From the NCBI GenBank assembly GCA_963555825.3, contig CAUVXB020000001.1, positions 1,024,001 to 1,088,000 of the forward strand: DNA of 64,000 nt. Reading direction: 5' to 3'. The notes below the pieces were generated by a model. It was not told the origin of the DNA, searched no databases, and worked only from the letters and a program-made list of their open reading frames with translations. The first letter of the stretch is position 1. Each line of letters begins with the position of its first letter. Source of the DNA: Alphaproteobacteria bacterium. Lineage in GTDB: Bacteria; Pseudomonadota; Alphaproteobacteria; JAAXGF01. Of this stretch, positions 35,899 to 47,216 are shown in pieces. A program made the translations under genes and the position numbers.

Positions 35899-35901
35899 GG
35901 C

Positions 35902-36792
35902 CTACGCCCAGCTCTCGATCATCTTGATGATGCCCGAGAAGTCGACCTCCGCGTTGCCGCCCTCGCAGTAGCGCCCGTAGAGCGCTTCGGCCTGTGCACC
36001 GAGCGGGGTCGTCGCGCCGGTCGCGTTGGCCGCCTGCTGGGCCAGGCGCAGGTCCTTGAGCATCATGGCCGCCGTGAAGCCGGCCTGATAGTCGCGGTTG
36101 GCGGGTGAGGTCGGTACCGGACCGGGCACCGGGCAGTAGGTCGTCAGCGACCAGCACTGGCCCGACGCGGTCGACGCGATATCGAACAGCTTCTGAGCCT
36201 CGAGGCCGAGGCACTCGGCAAGCACGAAGGCCTCGCCGACGACGATCATCGAGGCGCCGAGGATCATGTTGTTGCAAATCTTTGCCGCCTGGCCGTTGCC
36301 CGAGGGACCGGCGTGGACGATCGTCTTGCCCATCACGGCGAGCACCGGCTCGGCGCGCGCGAAGGCGTCATCGGCGCCGCCGACCATGAAGGTGAGCGTT
36401 CCGGCCTCGGCGCCCGCCACGCCACCGGAGACCGGCGCATCGAGCATCTCGAAGCCGGCCTGGGCGGCGGCCCGGTTGACCGCGCGCGCCGTTTCGACGT
36501 CGATCGTCGAGCAATCGATCAGCAGCGTGCCGGGCGCCAGCGCCGCGATGATGCCGCCGTCACCCGTATAGACCTCGCGGACGTGCTCGCCGGCGGGCAG
36601 CATGGTGATGACGACGTCGCCCGCCGCCGCGGCGTCGGCCGCCGTCGCGGCGAGCGTCGCGCCGGCGTCGCGCGCCGCCTGGCGGGCGTCCTCGACGACG
36701 TCGAACGCGGTGACCTCGTGCCGCGCGCCGATCAGGTTGCGGAGCATCGGCCCGCCCATGTTGCCGACGCCGATGAAACCGATGCGCGCCAT
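35902..36792 (-). CDS. mmsB: 3-hydroxyisobutyrate dehydrogenase
   Basis: IGFIGVGNMG, DAPVSGG, AAKICNNM, SGQCWS, CPVPGPVPTSPANRDY. Confidence 0.92.
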   Translation of the reverse strand: MARIGFIGVGNMGGPMLRNLIGARHEVTAFDVVEDARQAARDAGATLAATAADAAAAGDVVITMLPAGEHVREVYTGDGGIIAALAPGTLLIDCSTIDVETARAVNRAAAQAGFEMLDAPVSGGVAGAEAGTLTFMVGGADDAFARAEPVLAVMGKTIVHAGPSGNGQAAKICNNMILGASMIVVGEAFVLAECLGLEAQKLFDIASTASGQCWSLTTYCPVPGPVPTSPANRDYQAGFTAAMMLKDLRLAQQAANATGATTPLGAQAEALYGRYCEGGNAEVDFSGIIKMIESWA

Positions 36793-36861
36793 CACTGTCC
36801 TCCCTGCCCGCTCGCGACCGTTCGACCGATATCCCGTCACGGAACGGCCGTCGCGTCAATG

Positions 36862-38046
36862 CTAGTGTCCTGATCGATAAATTGATATGATTATGTCTCT
36901 ATTTGTTTTTAGGAGGCGCGATTGATGGCGAGAGTGGCGGTGACGATCTCTTTGAGCGATGACGAGCGCGCCGAATTGGAGGCGCTGTCTCGTCGTCGCA
37001 AGACGTCGCAGGGGCTTGCGCGGCGGGCTCGGATCGTCTTGGCGGCGGCGGAAGGGTTGGAGAACAAGGAGATCGCCGTTCGTCTCGAGGCGAGCGCGGA
37101 CACCGTGGGCAAGTGGCGTCGCCGCTATGCGGCGGAGGGCCTCGACGGTCTGTACGACGAACCCCGCCCCGGCGCGCCGCGTCAAATCGGCGATGACGCC
37201 ATCGCGGAAGCGGTCCGGCTGACGCTGGAAGAGACGCCGCCGGACGCGACCCATTGGAGCCTTCGCTCGATGGCGCGGGCGAGCGGCCACGCGCCCTCGA
37301 CCATTCATCGCATCTGGCGGGCCTTCGGCTTGCAGCCGCATCGCTCGGAGACCTTCAAGCTGTCGAGCGATCCCTTCTTCGTGGAGAAGGTCCGCGACAT
37401 CGTCGGTCTGTATTTGGCGCCGCCGGATCGTGCCCTGGTTCTCTGTGTCGACGAAAAGAGCCAGATCCAGGCCCTGGACCGTTCCCAGCCCCTCTTGCCG
37501 ATGCGCCCCGGGCAGGCGGAGCGGCGCAGCCACGACTACAAGCGCCACGGCACGACCTCTCTCTTCGCGGCCCTCGACATCGCCACGGGAGAGATCATCG
37601 GCAAATGTTTCCCGCGCCATCGGGCCCGAGAGTTCCGCAAATTCCTCGACCTCGTCGAGGCGAACGTCCCTGCTGATCTCGACATCCACATCGTCATGGA
37701 CAACTACGGGACCCACAAGACCAAGGCGATCCGCGACTGGTTCGCCAAACGGCCGCGCTGGCAGGCCCATTTCACACCCACCAGCGCCTCCTGGCTGAAC
37801 CAGGTCGAGCGCTGGTTCGGGCTGCTGACCGACAAGCAGATCAGGCGCGGCGTCCATCGCTCCACCAAGGAGTTGGAGCGCACCATCCTCGACTACATCG
37901 ACACGACAAACCAGAACCCCAAACCCTTCAAATGGACCAAATCCGCCGATGACATCCTCGGCGCCATCCAGCGCTTCTGCCTCCGAACAATCGAAATCGC
38001 TGAACAGCAGGCGAAAATCATGCGAACTTCGGAATCGGGACACTAG
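36862..38046 (+). mobile_element. IS630-family insertion sequence, copy 1 (intact)
   Basis: Inverted ends CTAGTGTCCTGAT / ATCGGGACACTAG; CTAG (TA core) at both ends. Confidence 0.93.
36925..38046 (+). CDS. IS630-family transposase
   Basis: HTH region, then [28 protein letters not shown] motifs; AGGAGG RBS; the stop codon is the terminal TAG. Confidence 0.95.
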   Translation: MARVAVTISLSDDERAELEALSRRRKTSQGLARRARIVLAAAEGLENKEIAVRLEASADTVGKWRRRYAAEGLDGLYDEPRPGAPRQIGDDAIAEAVRLTLEETPPDATHWSLRSMARASGHAPSTIHRIWRAFGLQPHRSETFKLSSDPFFVEKVRDIVGLYLAPPDRALVLCVDEKSQIQALDRSQPLLPMRPGQAERRSHDYKRHGTTSLFAALDIATGEIIGKCFPRHRAREFRKFLDLVEANVPADLDIHIVMDNYGTHKTKAIRDWFAKRPRWQAHFTPTSASWLNQVERWFGLLTDKQIRRGVHRSTKELERTILDYIDTTNQNPKPFKWTKSADDILGAIQRFCLRTIEIAEQQAKIMRTSESGH

Positions 38047-39035
38047 AGGGTGAGGTCGCCGTCGGGGGGTGCTTGGAAATGGGCGTCTACGTCGGCCTCG
38101 GTCACGGCGGCGAGGCTCGCGGGCCGCCATCGCGGTGCATTGTCCTTGTCGATGACGACGCTGCGGATGCCTTCCGCGAAGTCGTGGTCGGCGCAGAAGC
38201 GTTGGCACAGCCGGTATTCGAGGCGCATGGCGGCGGCGAAATCGAGCGCGGCACCCGCGCGAAGTTGGCGCACCGTCACCTTGAGGCTGGTCGGCGACTT
38301 GGCGGCGAGCGTCGCGCGCGTCGCCTCGGCCCATTCGGTGCCCTCGGCCTCGAGCGCGGTGATGATCGCCTCGATCGTCGCGCCGGCGAAGCAGCGATCG
38401 ATTGCCGCGGCGAAGCCCGCCAGACAATCCTCAACCGGGCACGCGGCCAGCGCGTCGACGAGTTCACCTAGCCGCGCACGCGGCACGAAATGGGTGCCGA
38501 CACCCGCGCACATGACATCGGCGGCACGCAGACGTGCGCCCGTGAGCCCCAGATACATGCCCAGCGCGCCCGGTATGCGCGGCAGGAAATGTGTCGCGCC
38601 GACATCGGGAAACAGGCCGATGCCGGTCTCGGGCATGGCGAACAGGACGTTCTCGGTGACCACCCGATGCGAGCCGTGCACCGAGACGCCGACGCCACCG
38701 CCCATGACGACGCCGTCGATCAACGCGATATAGGGCTTCGGATAGGCATGGATACGGTGGTTCAGCGTGTATTCCTCGCGGTAGAAGGTGGCGCTGAACC
38801 GGTCGCCAGGCGTCGTCATCGAGGCATAGAGCGCGCGGATGTCGCCGCCGGCGCAGAACGCCCGATCGCCGGCGCCCTCGACGACGACTGCGGCGATCCG
38901 CTCGTCCGCCGCCCAATCGATCAGCCGCGCGTCGAGTTCGCGCGTCATGGCGAGCGTCAGGGCGTTGAGCGCCTTGGGCCGGTTGAGCGTCACCCGGCCG
39001 ACGGCGCCGACCACCTCGAAGAGGATTTCGTCCAT
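38043..39035 (-). CDS. 3-hydroxyisobutyryl-CoA hydrolase-like enoyl-CoA hydratase/isomerase
   Basis: [52 protein letters not shown]. Confidence 0.88.
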   Translation of the reverse strand: MDEILFEVVGAVGRVTLNRPKALNALTLAMTRELDARLIDWAADERIAAVVVEGAGDRAFCAGGDIRALYASMTTPGDRFSATFYREEYTLNHRIHAYPKPYIALIDGVVMGGGVGVSVHGSHRVVTENVLFAMPETGIGLFPDVGATHFLPRIPGALGMYLGLTGARLRAADVMCAGVGTHFVPRARLGELVDALAACPVEDCLAGFAAAIDRCFAGATIEAIITALEAEGTEWAEATRATLAAKSPTSLKVTVRQLRAGAALDFAAAMRLEYRLCQRFCADHDFAEGIRSVVIDKDNAPRWRPASLAAVTEADVDAHFQAPPDGDLTL

Positions 39036-39202
39036 GCTGTCTCGATCCATTTTGCCAAGAGGTATAGGGACTTGTGGAGCACGTCCAGCCCCGAAACGCG
39101 GCCCCGAATACCTCAATTGGGCCGCCATGAAGCCTCATTCGAGCCACATTCTGGCGCTATTTCAACAGTTACCGCGATCGATTGTAGGAGGTTGGCTCGG
39201 AC

Positions 39203-39574
39203 ATGATCACAACGCTTCGTCAGGGTGTTCGCACCCTCGCCGTCATGGCGATCCCGCTTTTCGTCGGCAGCGCCGCCATCGCTGGGGGCATGCCGCCGGA
39301 GGTCGAGATCGACGCCAATGGCGTCCCGGTCACCGCCGATGAAGTGGTGCCAGGCGCCGCTGAACCCACCGTGGCGGCAACGGCCGGCGCAGCGGCCCCC
39401 CTTATTTCCGCTGCGTCGTCCGGCGATCGGCTCCAAGCGATACCCCCCGCCGAGCCGACCGTGACGGTTGCGATCGACGTCACGCCTCTCGACCCGACCA
39501 CCGCAGCATTCGATCCGGGGTCTTTTGTGGCAGGATCGGCCGTAACGCCAATCTGGGCAAAGGACCACCGCTAA
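39203..39574 (+). CDS. hypothetical secreted low-complexity protein (123 aa)
   Basis: AGGAGG RBS, Sec-like signal ending AIA, Pro/Ala/Thr/Val-rich body, downstream terminator. Confidence 0.6.
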   Translation: MITTLRQGVRTLAVMAIPLFVGSAAIAGGMPPEVEIDANGVPVTADEVVPGAAEPTVAATAGAAAPLISAASSGDRLQAIPPAEPTVTVAIDVTPLDPTTAAFDPGSFVAGSAVTPIWAKDHR

Positions 39575-39627
39575 GGCAGCAGGCGTCGCACCCCCGCGGC
39601 GCCCCGTTCTGCTCCCCCTCTCGACTT

Positions 39628-39657
39628 TGGGCGCCGTTCGCGGCACCCACTTTTTTT
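39628..39657 (+). terminator. intrinsic terminator
   Basis: TGGGCGCCG-TTCG-CGGCACCCA stem (1 mismatch) followed by C and T7. Confidence 0.75.
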
Positions 39658-39741
39658 GTGACGCAAAGCCTGCGGCTTTGCTGCGCTCAATCGCCGCGCA
39701 TGCTCTCGCCGCATTAGCGGCGGCCCGCAGTCGCGGGCTGG
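39648..39741. repeat. structured multi-hairpin element A (homologous to 40967-41064, inverted)
   Basis: Four consecutive hairpins; 50/61 ungapped identity to the reverse complement of 40967-41027, with compensatory changes. Confidence 0.75.
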
Positions 39742-39776
39742 CCTAGTCCGACCGATGCCGGTCGATCGGACTAGGC
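39741..39776. repeat. CTAG-containing palindrome
   Basis: GCCTAGTCCGA ... TCGGACTAGGC perfect 11-bp arms. Confidence 0.7.
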
Positions 39777-39777
39777 T

Positions 39778-40944
39778 CTAGTGTCCCGATTCCGAAGTTC
39801 GCATGATTTTCGCCTGCTGTTCAGCGATTTCGATTGTTCGGAGGCAGAAGCGCTGGATGGCGCCGAGGATGTCATCGGCGGATTTGGTCCATTTGAAGGG
39901 TTTGGGGTTCTGGTTTGTCGTGTCGATGTAGTCGAGGATGGTGCGCTCCAACTCCTTGGTGGAGCGATGGACGCCGCGCCTGATCTGCTTGTCGGTCAGC
40001 AGCCCGAACCAGCGCTCGACCTGGTTCAGCCAGGAGGCGCTGGTGGGTGTGAAATGGGCCTGCCAGCGCGGCCGTTTGGCGAACCAGTCGCGGATCGCCT
40101 TGGTCTTGTGGGTCCCGTAGTTGTCCATGACGATGTGGATGTCGAGATCAGCAGGGACGTTCGCCTCGACGAGGTCGAGGAATTTGCGGAACTCTCGGGC
40201 CCGATGGCGCGGGAAACATTTGCCGATGATCTCTCCCGTGGCGATGTCGAGGGCCGCGAAGAGAGAGGTCGTGCCGTGGCGCTTGTAGTCGTGGCTGCGC
40301 CGCTCCGCCTGCCCGGGGCGCATCGGCAAGAGGGGCTGGGAACGGTCCAGGGCCTGGATCTGGCTCTTTTCGTCGACACAGAGAACCAGGGCACGATCCG
40401 GCGGCGCCAAATACAGACCGACGATGTCGCGGACCTTCTCCACGAAGAAGGGATCGCTCGACAGCTTGAAGGTCTCCGAGCGATGCGGCTGCAAGCCGAA
40501 GGCCCGCCAGATGCGATGAATGGTCGAGGGCGCGTGGCCGTCGCCCGCGCCATCGAGCGAAGGCTCCAATGGGTCGCGTCCGGCGGCGTCTCTTCCAGCG
40601 TCAGCCGGACCGCTTCCGCGATGGCGTCATCGCCGTGACGCACCGTCGAGCCTCTATCTACATTCCGCCGCAAACGGCGGGCGATGATGACGCGCATGAC
40701 TTGCCCACGGTGTCCGCGCTCGCCTCGAGACGAACGGCGTGTTCTCCAACCCTTCCGCCGCCGCCAAGACGATCCGAGCCCGCCGCGCAAGCCCCTGCGA
40801 CGTCTTGCGACGACGAGACAGCGCCTCCAATTCGGCGCGCTCGTCATCGCTCAAAGAGATCGTCACCGCCACTCTCGCCATCAATCGCGCCTCCTAAAAA
40901 CAAATAGAGACATAATCATATCAATTTATCGATCAGGACACTAG
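39778..40944 (-). mobile_element. IS630-family insertion sequence, copy 2 (inverted; transposase broken as assembled)
   Basis: Near-identical reverse complement of 36862-38046 with the same CTAG ends; 1-bp deletion near 40540, mosaic patch 40636-40699, 7-bp deletion near 40740. Confidence 0.92.
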
Positions 40945-40966
40945 ATGAGACCCCATATGAACCGCC

Positions 40967-41064
40967 CCAGCGCGCGACCGCGCGCCGCCGACCGTTCGGC
41001 GGAAGCAAGCGCGGCGATTGAGCGCAGGTCAGCTTTACGCGAGTCAGTGACCGCACAAAAAGTG
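40967..41064. repeat. structured multi-hairpin element B (homologous to 39648-39741, inverted)
   Basis: Stems GCGCGC/GCGCGC, CGCCGA/TCGGCG, GCGC-GGCGATTGA-GCGC and GGTCA/TGACC; ends CACAAAAAGTG. Confidence 0.75.
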
Positions 41065-41078
41065 ACCACCGCCTCTAT

Positions 41079-42218
41079 CTACATTCCGAGCAAACGGCGG
41101 GCGATGATGACGCGCATGATTTCGTTGGTGCCTTCGAGGATCTGGTGGACGCGGACGTCGCGCAGGAAGCGCTCGATCGGATAGTCCATCAGATAGCCAT
41201 AGCCGCCGTGGAGCTGCAGCGCCTCGTTGCAGATGTGGAAGCCGGCGTCGGTCGCGAAGCGCTTGGCCATGGCGCAGCGCATGGTCGCGTCGGCGGCGCC
41301 GGCGTCGATCGCTGCGGCGGCGCTCAGCACCATCAACCGGGCGGCCTCCATCTCGGTCGCCATGTCGGCGAGCTTGAACTGGAGCGCCTGGAATTCGGCG
41401 ATCTTGCGGCCGAATTGCTCACGCGTCTGCATGTGTTCGCGCGCCGCCTCGAAGCACGCGCGCGCGCCGCCCAGCGAACAGGCGCCGATGTTGACCCGGC
41501 CGCCGTCGAGCGCCTTGAGCGCCATCTTGAAGCCCTCGCCCTCGGCGCCCAGCCGGTTGGCGAGCGGCACGCGGCAGTCCTCGAGGATCAGCATCGCGGT
41601 CGGCTGGCTGTGCCAGCCGAGCTTGCGTTCCTGGGCACCGAAGCTCAGGCCCGGCGTGCCGTCCTCGATGACCAGGCAGGAGATGCCGGCCGCTCCGTCG
41701 CCGCCGGTCCGTACCATGCAGAGGTAGAGGCCGCTGGCGCCGCCACCCGAGATGAACGCCTTCGAGCCATTGAGAATATAGTGGTCGCCGTCGCGCTCGG
41801 CGCGCGTGCGAAGCGCGGCGGCGTCGGAGCCCGAGCCCGGCTCGGTCAGGCAATAGCTCGCGAAGACGTCCATGGCGATCAGCCCGGGCAGCCAGCGCGC
41901 GCGCTGGTCATCGTCGCCGAAGGCATCGACCATCCACGCCGCCATATTGTGGATCGACATGTAGGCGGCGGTCGATGTGCAGCCGGCGGCCAGCGCCTCG
42001 AAGATCAGCGCCCCGTCGAGCCGGCTCACCCCGGTGCCGCCGTGCGCCTCGTTGACGAACAGGCCGGCCAGGCCGAGCGCCGCCGCCTTGCGCAACGTCT
42101 CGACCGGAAAGGTGCAACTCTCGTCCCATTCGGCGGCGAACGGCGCCATCTCGCCGGCGGCGAAATCGCTCGCCATCTGGTGGAAGGCGCGTTGCTCGTC
42201 GGAAAGCTCGAAGTCCAT
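41079..42218 (-). CDS. acyl-CoA dehydrogenase, isobutyryl-CoA dehydrogenase-like
   Basis: [44 protein letters not shown]; near mmsB and HIB-CoA hydrolase. Confidence 0.88.
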   Translation of the reverse strand: MDFELSDEQRAFHQMASDFAAGEMAPFAAEWDESCTFPVETLRKAAALGLAGLFVNEAHGGTGVSRLDGALIFEALAAGCTSTAAYMSIHNMAAWMVDAFGDDDQRARWLPGLIAMDVFASYCLTEPGSGSDAAALRTRAERDGDHYILNGSKAFISGGGASGLYLCMVRTGGDGAAGISCLVIEDGTPGLSFGAQERKLGWHSQPTAMLILEDCRVPLANRLGAEGEGFKMALKALDGGRVNIGACSLGGARACFEAAREHMQTREQFGRKIAEFQALQFKLADMATEMEAARLMVLSAAAAIDAGAADATMRCAMAKRFATDAGFHICNEALQLHGGYGYLMDYPIERFLRDVRVHQILEGTNEIMRVIIARRLLGM

Positions 42219-42276
42219 CGTCGGAATCCCCCTGCTGCGGCCCGTATGGCGACTGTAACGCGGCGCCTAAGCGAAA

Positions 42277-42308
42277 CCAATATCGTCGGACGCCAATTTC
42301 GTCGGACG
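42277..42308. repeat. tandem 16-bp direct repeat in a divergent promoter region
   Basis: CCAATATCGTCGGACG CCAATTTCGTCGGACG (15/16). Confidence 0.65.
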
Positions 42309-42395
42309 AGCGACGCGGCGGAACGGAGCGCTGTTTCCGCCGAAGAAATTGTCTCGGCAACAACCTCGTCGGTGTTGGTTGCGGCTGGCCTGTAG

Positions 42396-45040
<2,645 letters not shown>

Positions 45041-45059
45041 GCAGGCGTTATACCAAGGG

Positions 45060-45923
45060 TCAGGCGCCCGCAGCGACCTCGGCGAGCCAGTCGCGGACGA
45101 CGGCGATTTGGTCGTCGCTCATCAGCGCGGGCGCGTGGCCGACGCCGGCGAACTCGACGAGGCGCGCGGTCGGTCCGCGCGTCGTCATCTCGGCGGCCGC
45201 GTCGGCCGGCAGCACGTCCGACGTTTCGCCGCGCAGCACCATGACCGGGCAACTGAGCGCGTCCCACAACGGCCAAAGCTCGACGTCGGCCTTGGGCGGC
45301 GCACTCTCGAAGGCATCGCCGATCGCCGGGTCGTAGGCGAGGCCAAAACGACCGTCCGGCTTGGGCCGCGCGCTGATTTCCGCCATATGCCGCCATTGTT
45401 CGTCGGTCAACGGGCCGAATCCGGCATAGGTCTCGCGCAGGTACGCCTCGATCCCGGCCTTATCGTCGAACGACGGATCGGCGCCGGCATAGGCGCCGAT
45501 GCGCTCGAGCGCGGCGCGCGGCAGGACCGCGCCGATATCGTTGAGCAGCAGGCTGCGTACCGGGCTTTCGGGCAACGCCGCCGCGAGCATGCCGATCAGG
45601 CCGCCCATCGAGGTGCCGATCCAGTCGACCGTCGCGATGCCAAGGTGGTTGAGGAAGGCGAGCAGATGACCGACATAAGCCGGATTTGCGTAGCCCGCCG
45701 AATCAGCGAGCCAGTCGCTCTTGCCGCGGCCGACGACGTCGGGGCAGATGACCCGCCGCTCACCGGCCAGCGCGGCGGCCAACACATCGAAGTCGCGACC
45801 GTTGCGCGTCAGGCCATGGACGCAGAGAACGGCCCGCGCGTCCGACGCCACGCCCCATTCGGTATAGGCGAGGCGCAGCACCGCGCCGTCCGTGCCCGGC
45901 GTCTCGAACCAGTTCTGCTGCAT
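45060..45923 (-). CDS. alpha/beta fold hydrolase
   Basis: CVHGLTRNGRDF, GTSMGG nucleophile elbow, GHAPAL. Confidence 0.9.
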   Translation of the reverse strand: MQQNWFETPGTDGAVLRLAYTEWGVASDARAVLCVHGLTRNGRDFDVLAAALAGERRVICPDVVGRGKSDWLADSAGYANPAYVGHLLAFLNHLGIATVDWIGTSMGGLIGMLAAALPESPVRSLLLNDIGAVLPRAALERIGAYAGADPSFDDKAGIEAYLRETYAGFGPLTDEQWRHMAEISARPKPDGRFGLAYDPAIGDAFESAPPKADVELWPLWDALSCPVMVLRGETSDVLPADAAAEMTTRGPTARLVEFAGVGHAPALMSDDQIAVVRDWLAEVAAGA

Positions 45924-45938
45924 CGGGGGACCGGTCCG

Positions 45939-47096
45939 CTAGCCTTCTGCCGCTTGGAGCGCCGGCGCGCCGTCGGCGATCTCGACGAAGGTGTCGGGGA
46001 AGAAGCCGTTGAACTGGGTGCGCAGCGCGCTGCCGTAGGCGCCGATCTGGTCGATTTCGATCCAGTCGCCCTCGCGGACGTCGTCGGGCAGGCGGAACGG
46101 AAACGGCAGCACGTCGATCGAATCGCAGGTCGGTCCGCCAACCGTGAAGTCGCGCGTCGTCGCCGACGGTTCGCCGTCGAGGCGGACCAGGCGTACCGGC
46201 ATCTGGATGCGCGCCGTCACCATCTCCGACAGGCTGCCGTAGATGCCGTCGTTGATGTAGATCTGGTCGTCCTTGCGCAGCTGGACCTGGACGACCAGCG
46301 AGCAACAATCGGCGACGATCGCGCGGCCCGGCTCGCACATGACGACACAGTCGCGGCGCAGGTCGAGCGCCGCGAGGCCGGTGTTGATCGCCTCGATATA
46401 GTCCTCGAAAGGCGGCATGTTGACGCCGACGTAGGCCGCCGGAAATCCGCCGCCGACGTCGAGGAATTGCAGGTCGGTCTTGGCCGCCTCGGCGATCTCG
46501 CCGACCAGCTCGAGCGCCGTGCGGTAGGCGTGCGGGGTCAGACACTGCGAGCCGACGTGAAACGCCAAGCCGCCCTGGCAGCCTTCCTTGTGGACTTCCT
46601 TGAGCAGATCGGCGGCCATCGCGGGACGCGCGCCGAATTTCGTCGAGAGATCGTAGATCGCGCCGGCGCTGGGCGTCGCCAAGCGGACGATGATCGCGAC
46701 CCCCTCGCCGCCGGTCTCGTCGATCACCTTGGCGAGCTCGCTCGGGTGGTCGATGACGAAGTGGCGCACGCCGTAGACCTCGTAGGCGGTGTTGATCACG
46801 GCGCGGCCCTTGACCGGGTGCATGAAATAGGCGCCGGCGTCGCGGAACAGCTCGCGCACCTGGGCGATCTCGGGCAGCGACGCGGTATCGAAATGGCGGA
46901 TGCCGGCGTCGTAGAGCGCCTGCAGCACGCGCGGGTGCGGGTTGCACTTGATGGCGTACAGCACGCGGCCGGGGAACTGCTCGAGGAAGCGGCCCGTCGT
47001 CTCGGCGAGCACATGGGGTCTCAGGCAGTATATCGGATAGCTCGGCGTCATCGCCGCGACCATCGATTTCACGTCGTCGAACTTGGTTCCTGGCAT
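45939..47096 (-). CDS. ornithine/lysine decarboxylase (fold type III PLP)
   Basis: YAIKCN, FDTAS, FHVGSQ, DVGGGFP, EPGR, GPTCDSID. Confidence 0.9.
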   Translation of the reverse strand: MPGTKFDDVKSMVAAMTPSYPIYCLRPHVLAETTGRFLEQFPGRVLYAIKCNPHPRVLQALYDAGIRHFDTASLPEIAQVRELFRDAGAYFMHPVKGRAVINTAYEVYGVRHFVIDHPSELAKVIDETGGEGVAIIVRLATPSAGAIYDLSTKFGARPAMAADLLKEVHKEGCQGGLAFHVGSQCLTPHAYRTALELVGEIAEAAKTDLQFLDVGGGFPAAYVGVNMPPFEDYIEAINTGLAALDLRRDCVVMCEPGRAIVADCCSLVVQVQLRKDDQIYINDGIYGSLSEMVTARIQMPVRLVRLDGEPSATTRDFTVGGPTCDSIDVLPFPFRLPDDVREGDWIEIDQIGAYGSALRTQFNGFFPDTFVEIADGAPALQAAEG

Positions 47097-47216
47097 CTAT
47101 CCTCCGCGCGGGCTTGGGAGTGTCCCGCATTCAGGTTTATACGAAACCGGCGCGGTGCGCTATTCACCCATTGTCCGTCACGGCGCGGACGCTATGGTAC
47201 TTACGAGGGATTGAAG

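Noticed and set aside
36862-38427. 521-aa minus ORF, and its partner at 39781-40638
   Set aside because: Antisense frame of the IS630 transposase
40945-41184. 79-aa ORF across element B
   Set aside because: It overlaps the dehydrogenase antisense, and the A/B differences preserve base pairing rather than protein sequence
45108-47216. Apparent 959-aa fusion ORF (45108-47987)
   Set aside because: Only 47217-47987 is the methyltransferase; the rest is antisense to the hydrolase and decarboxylase
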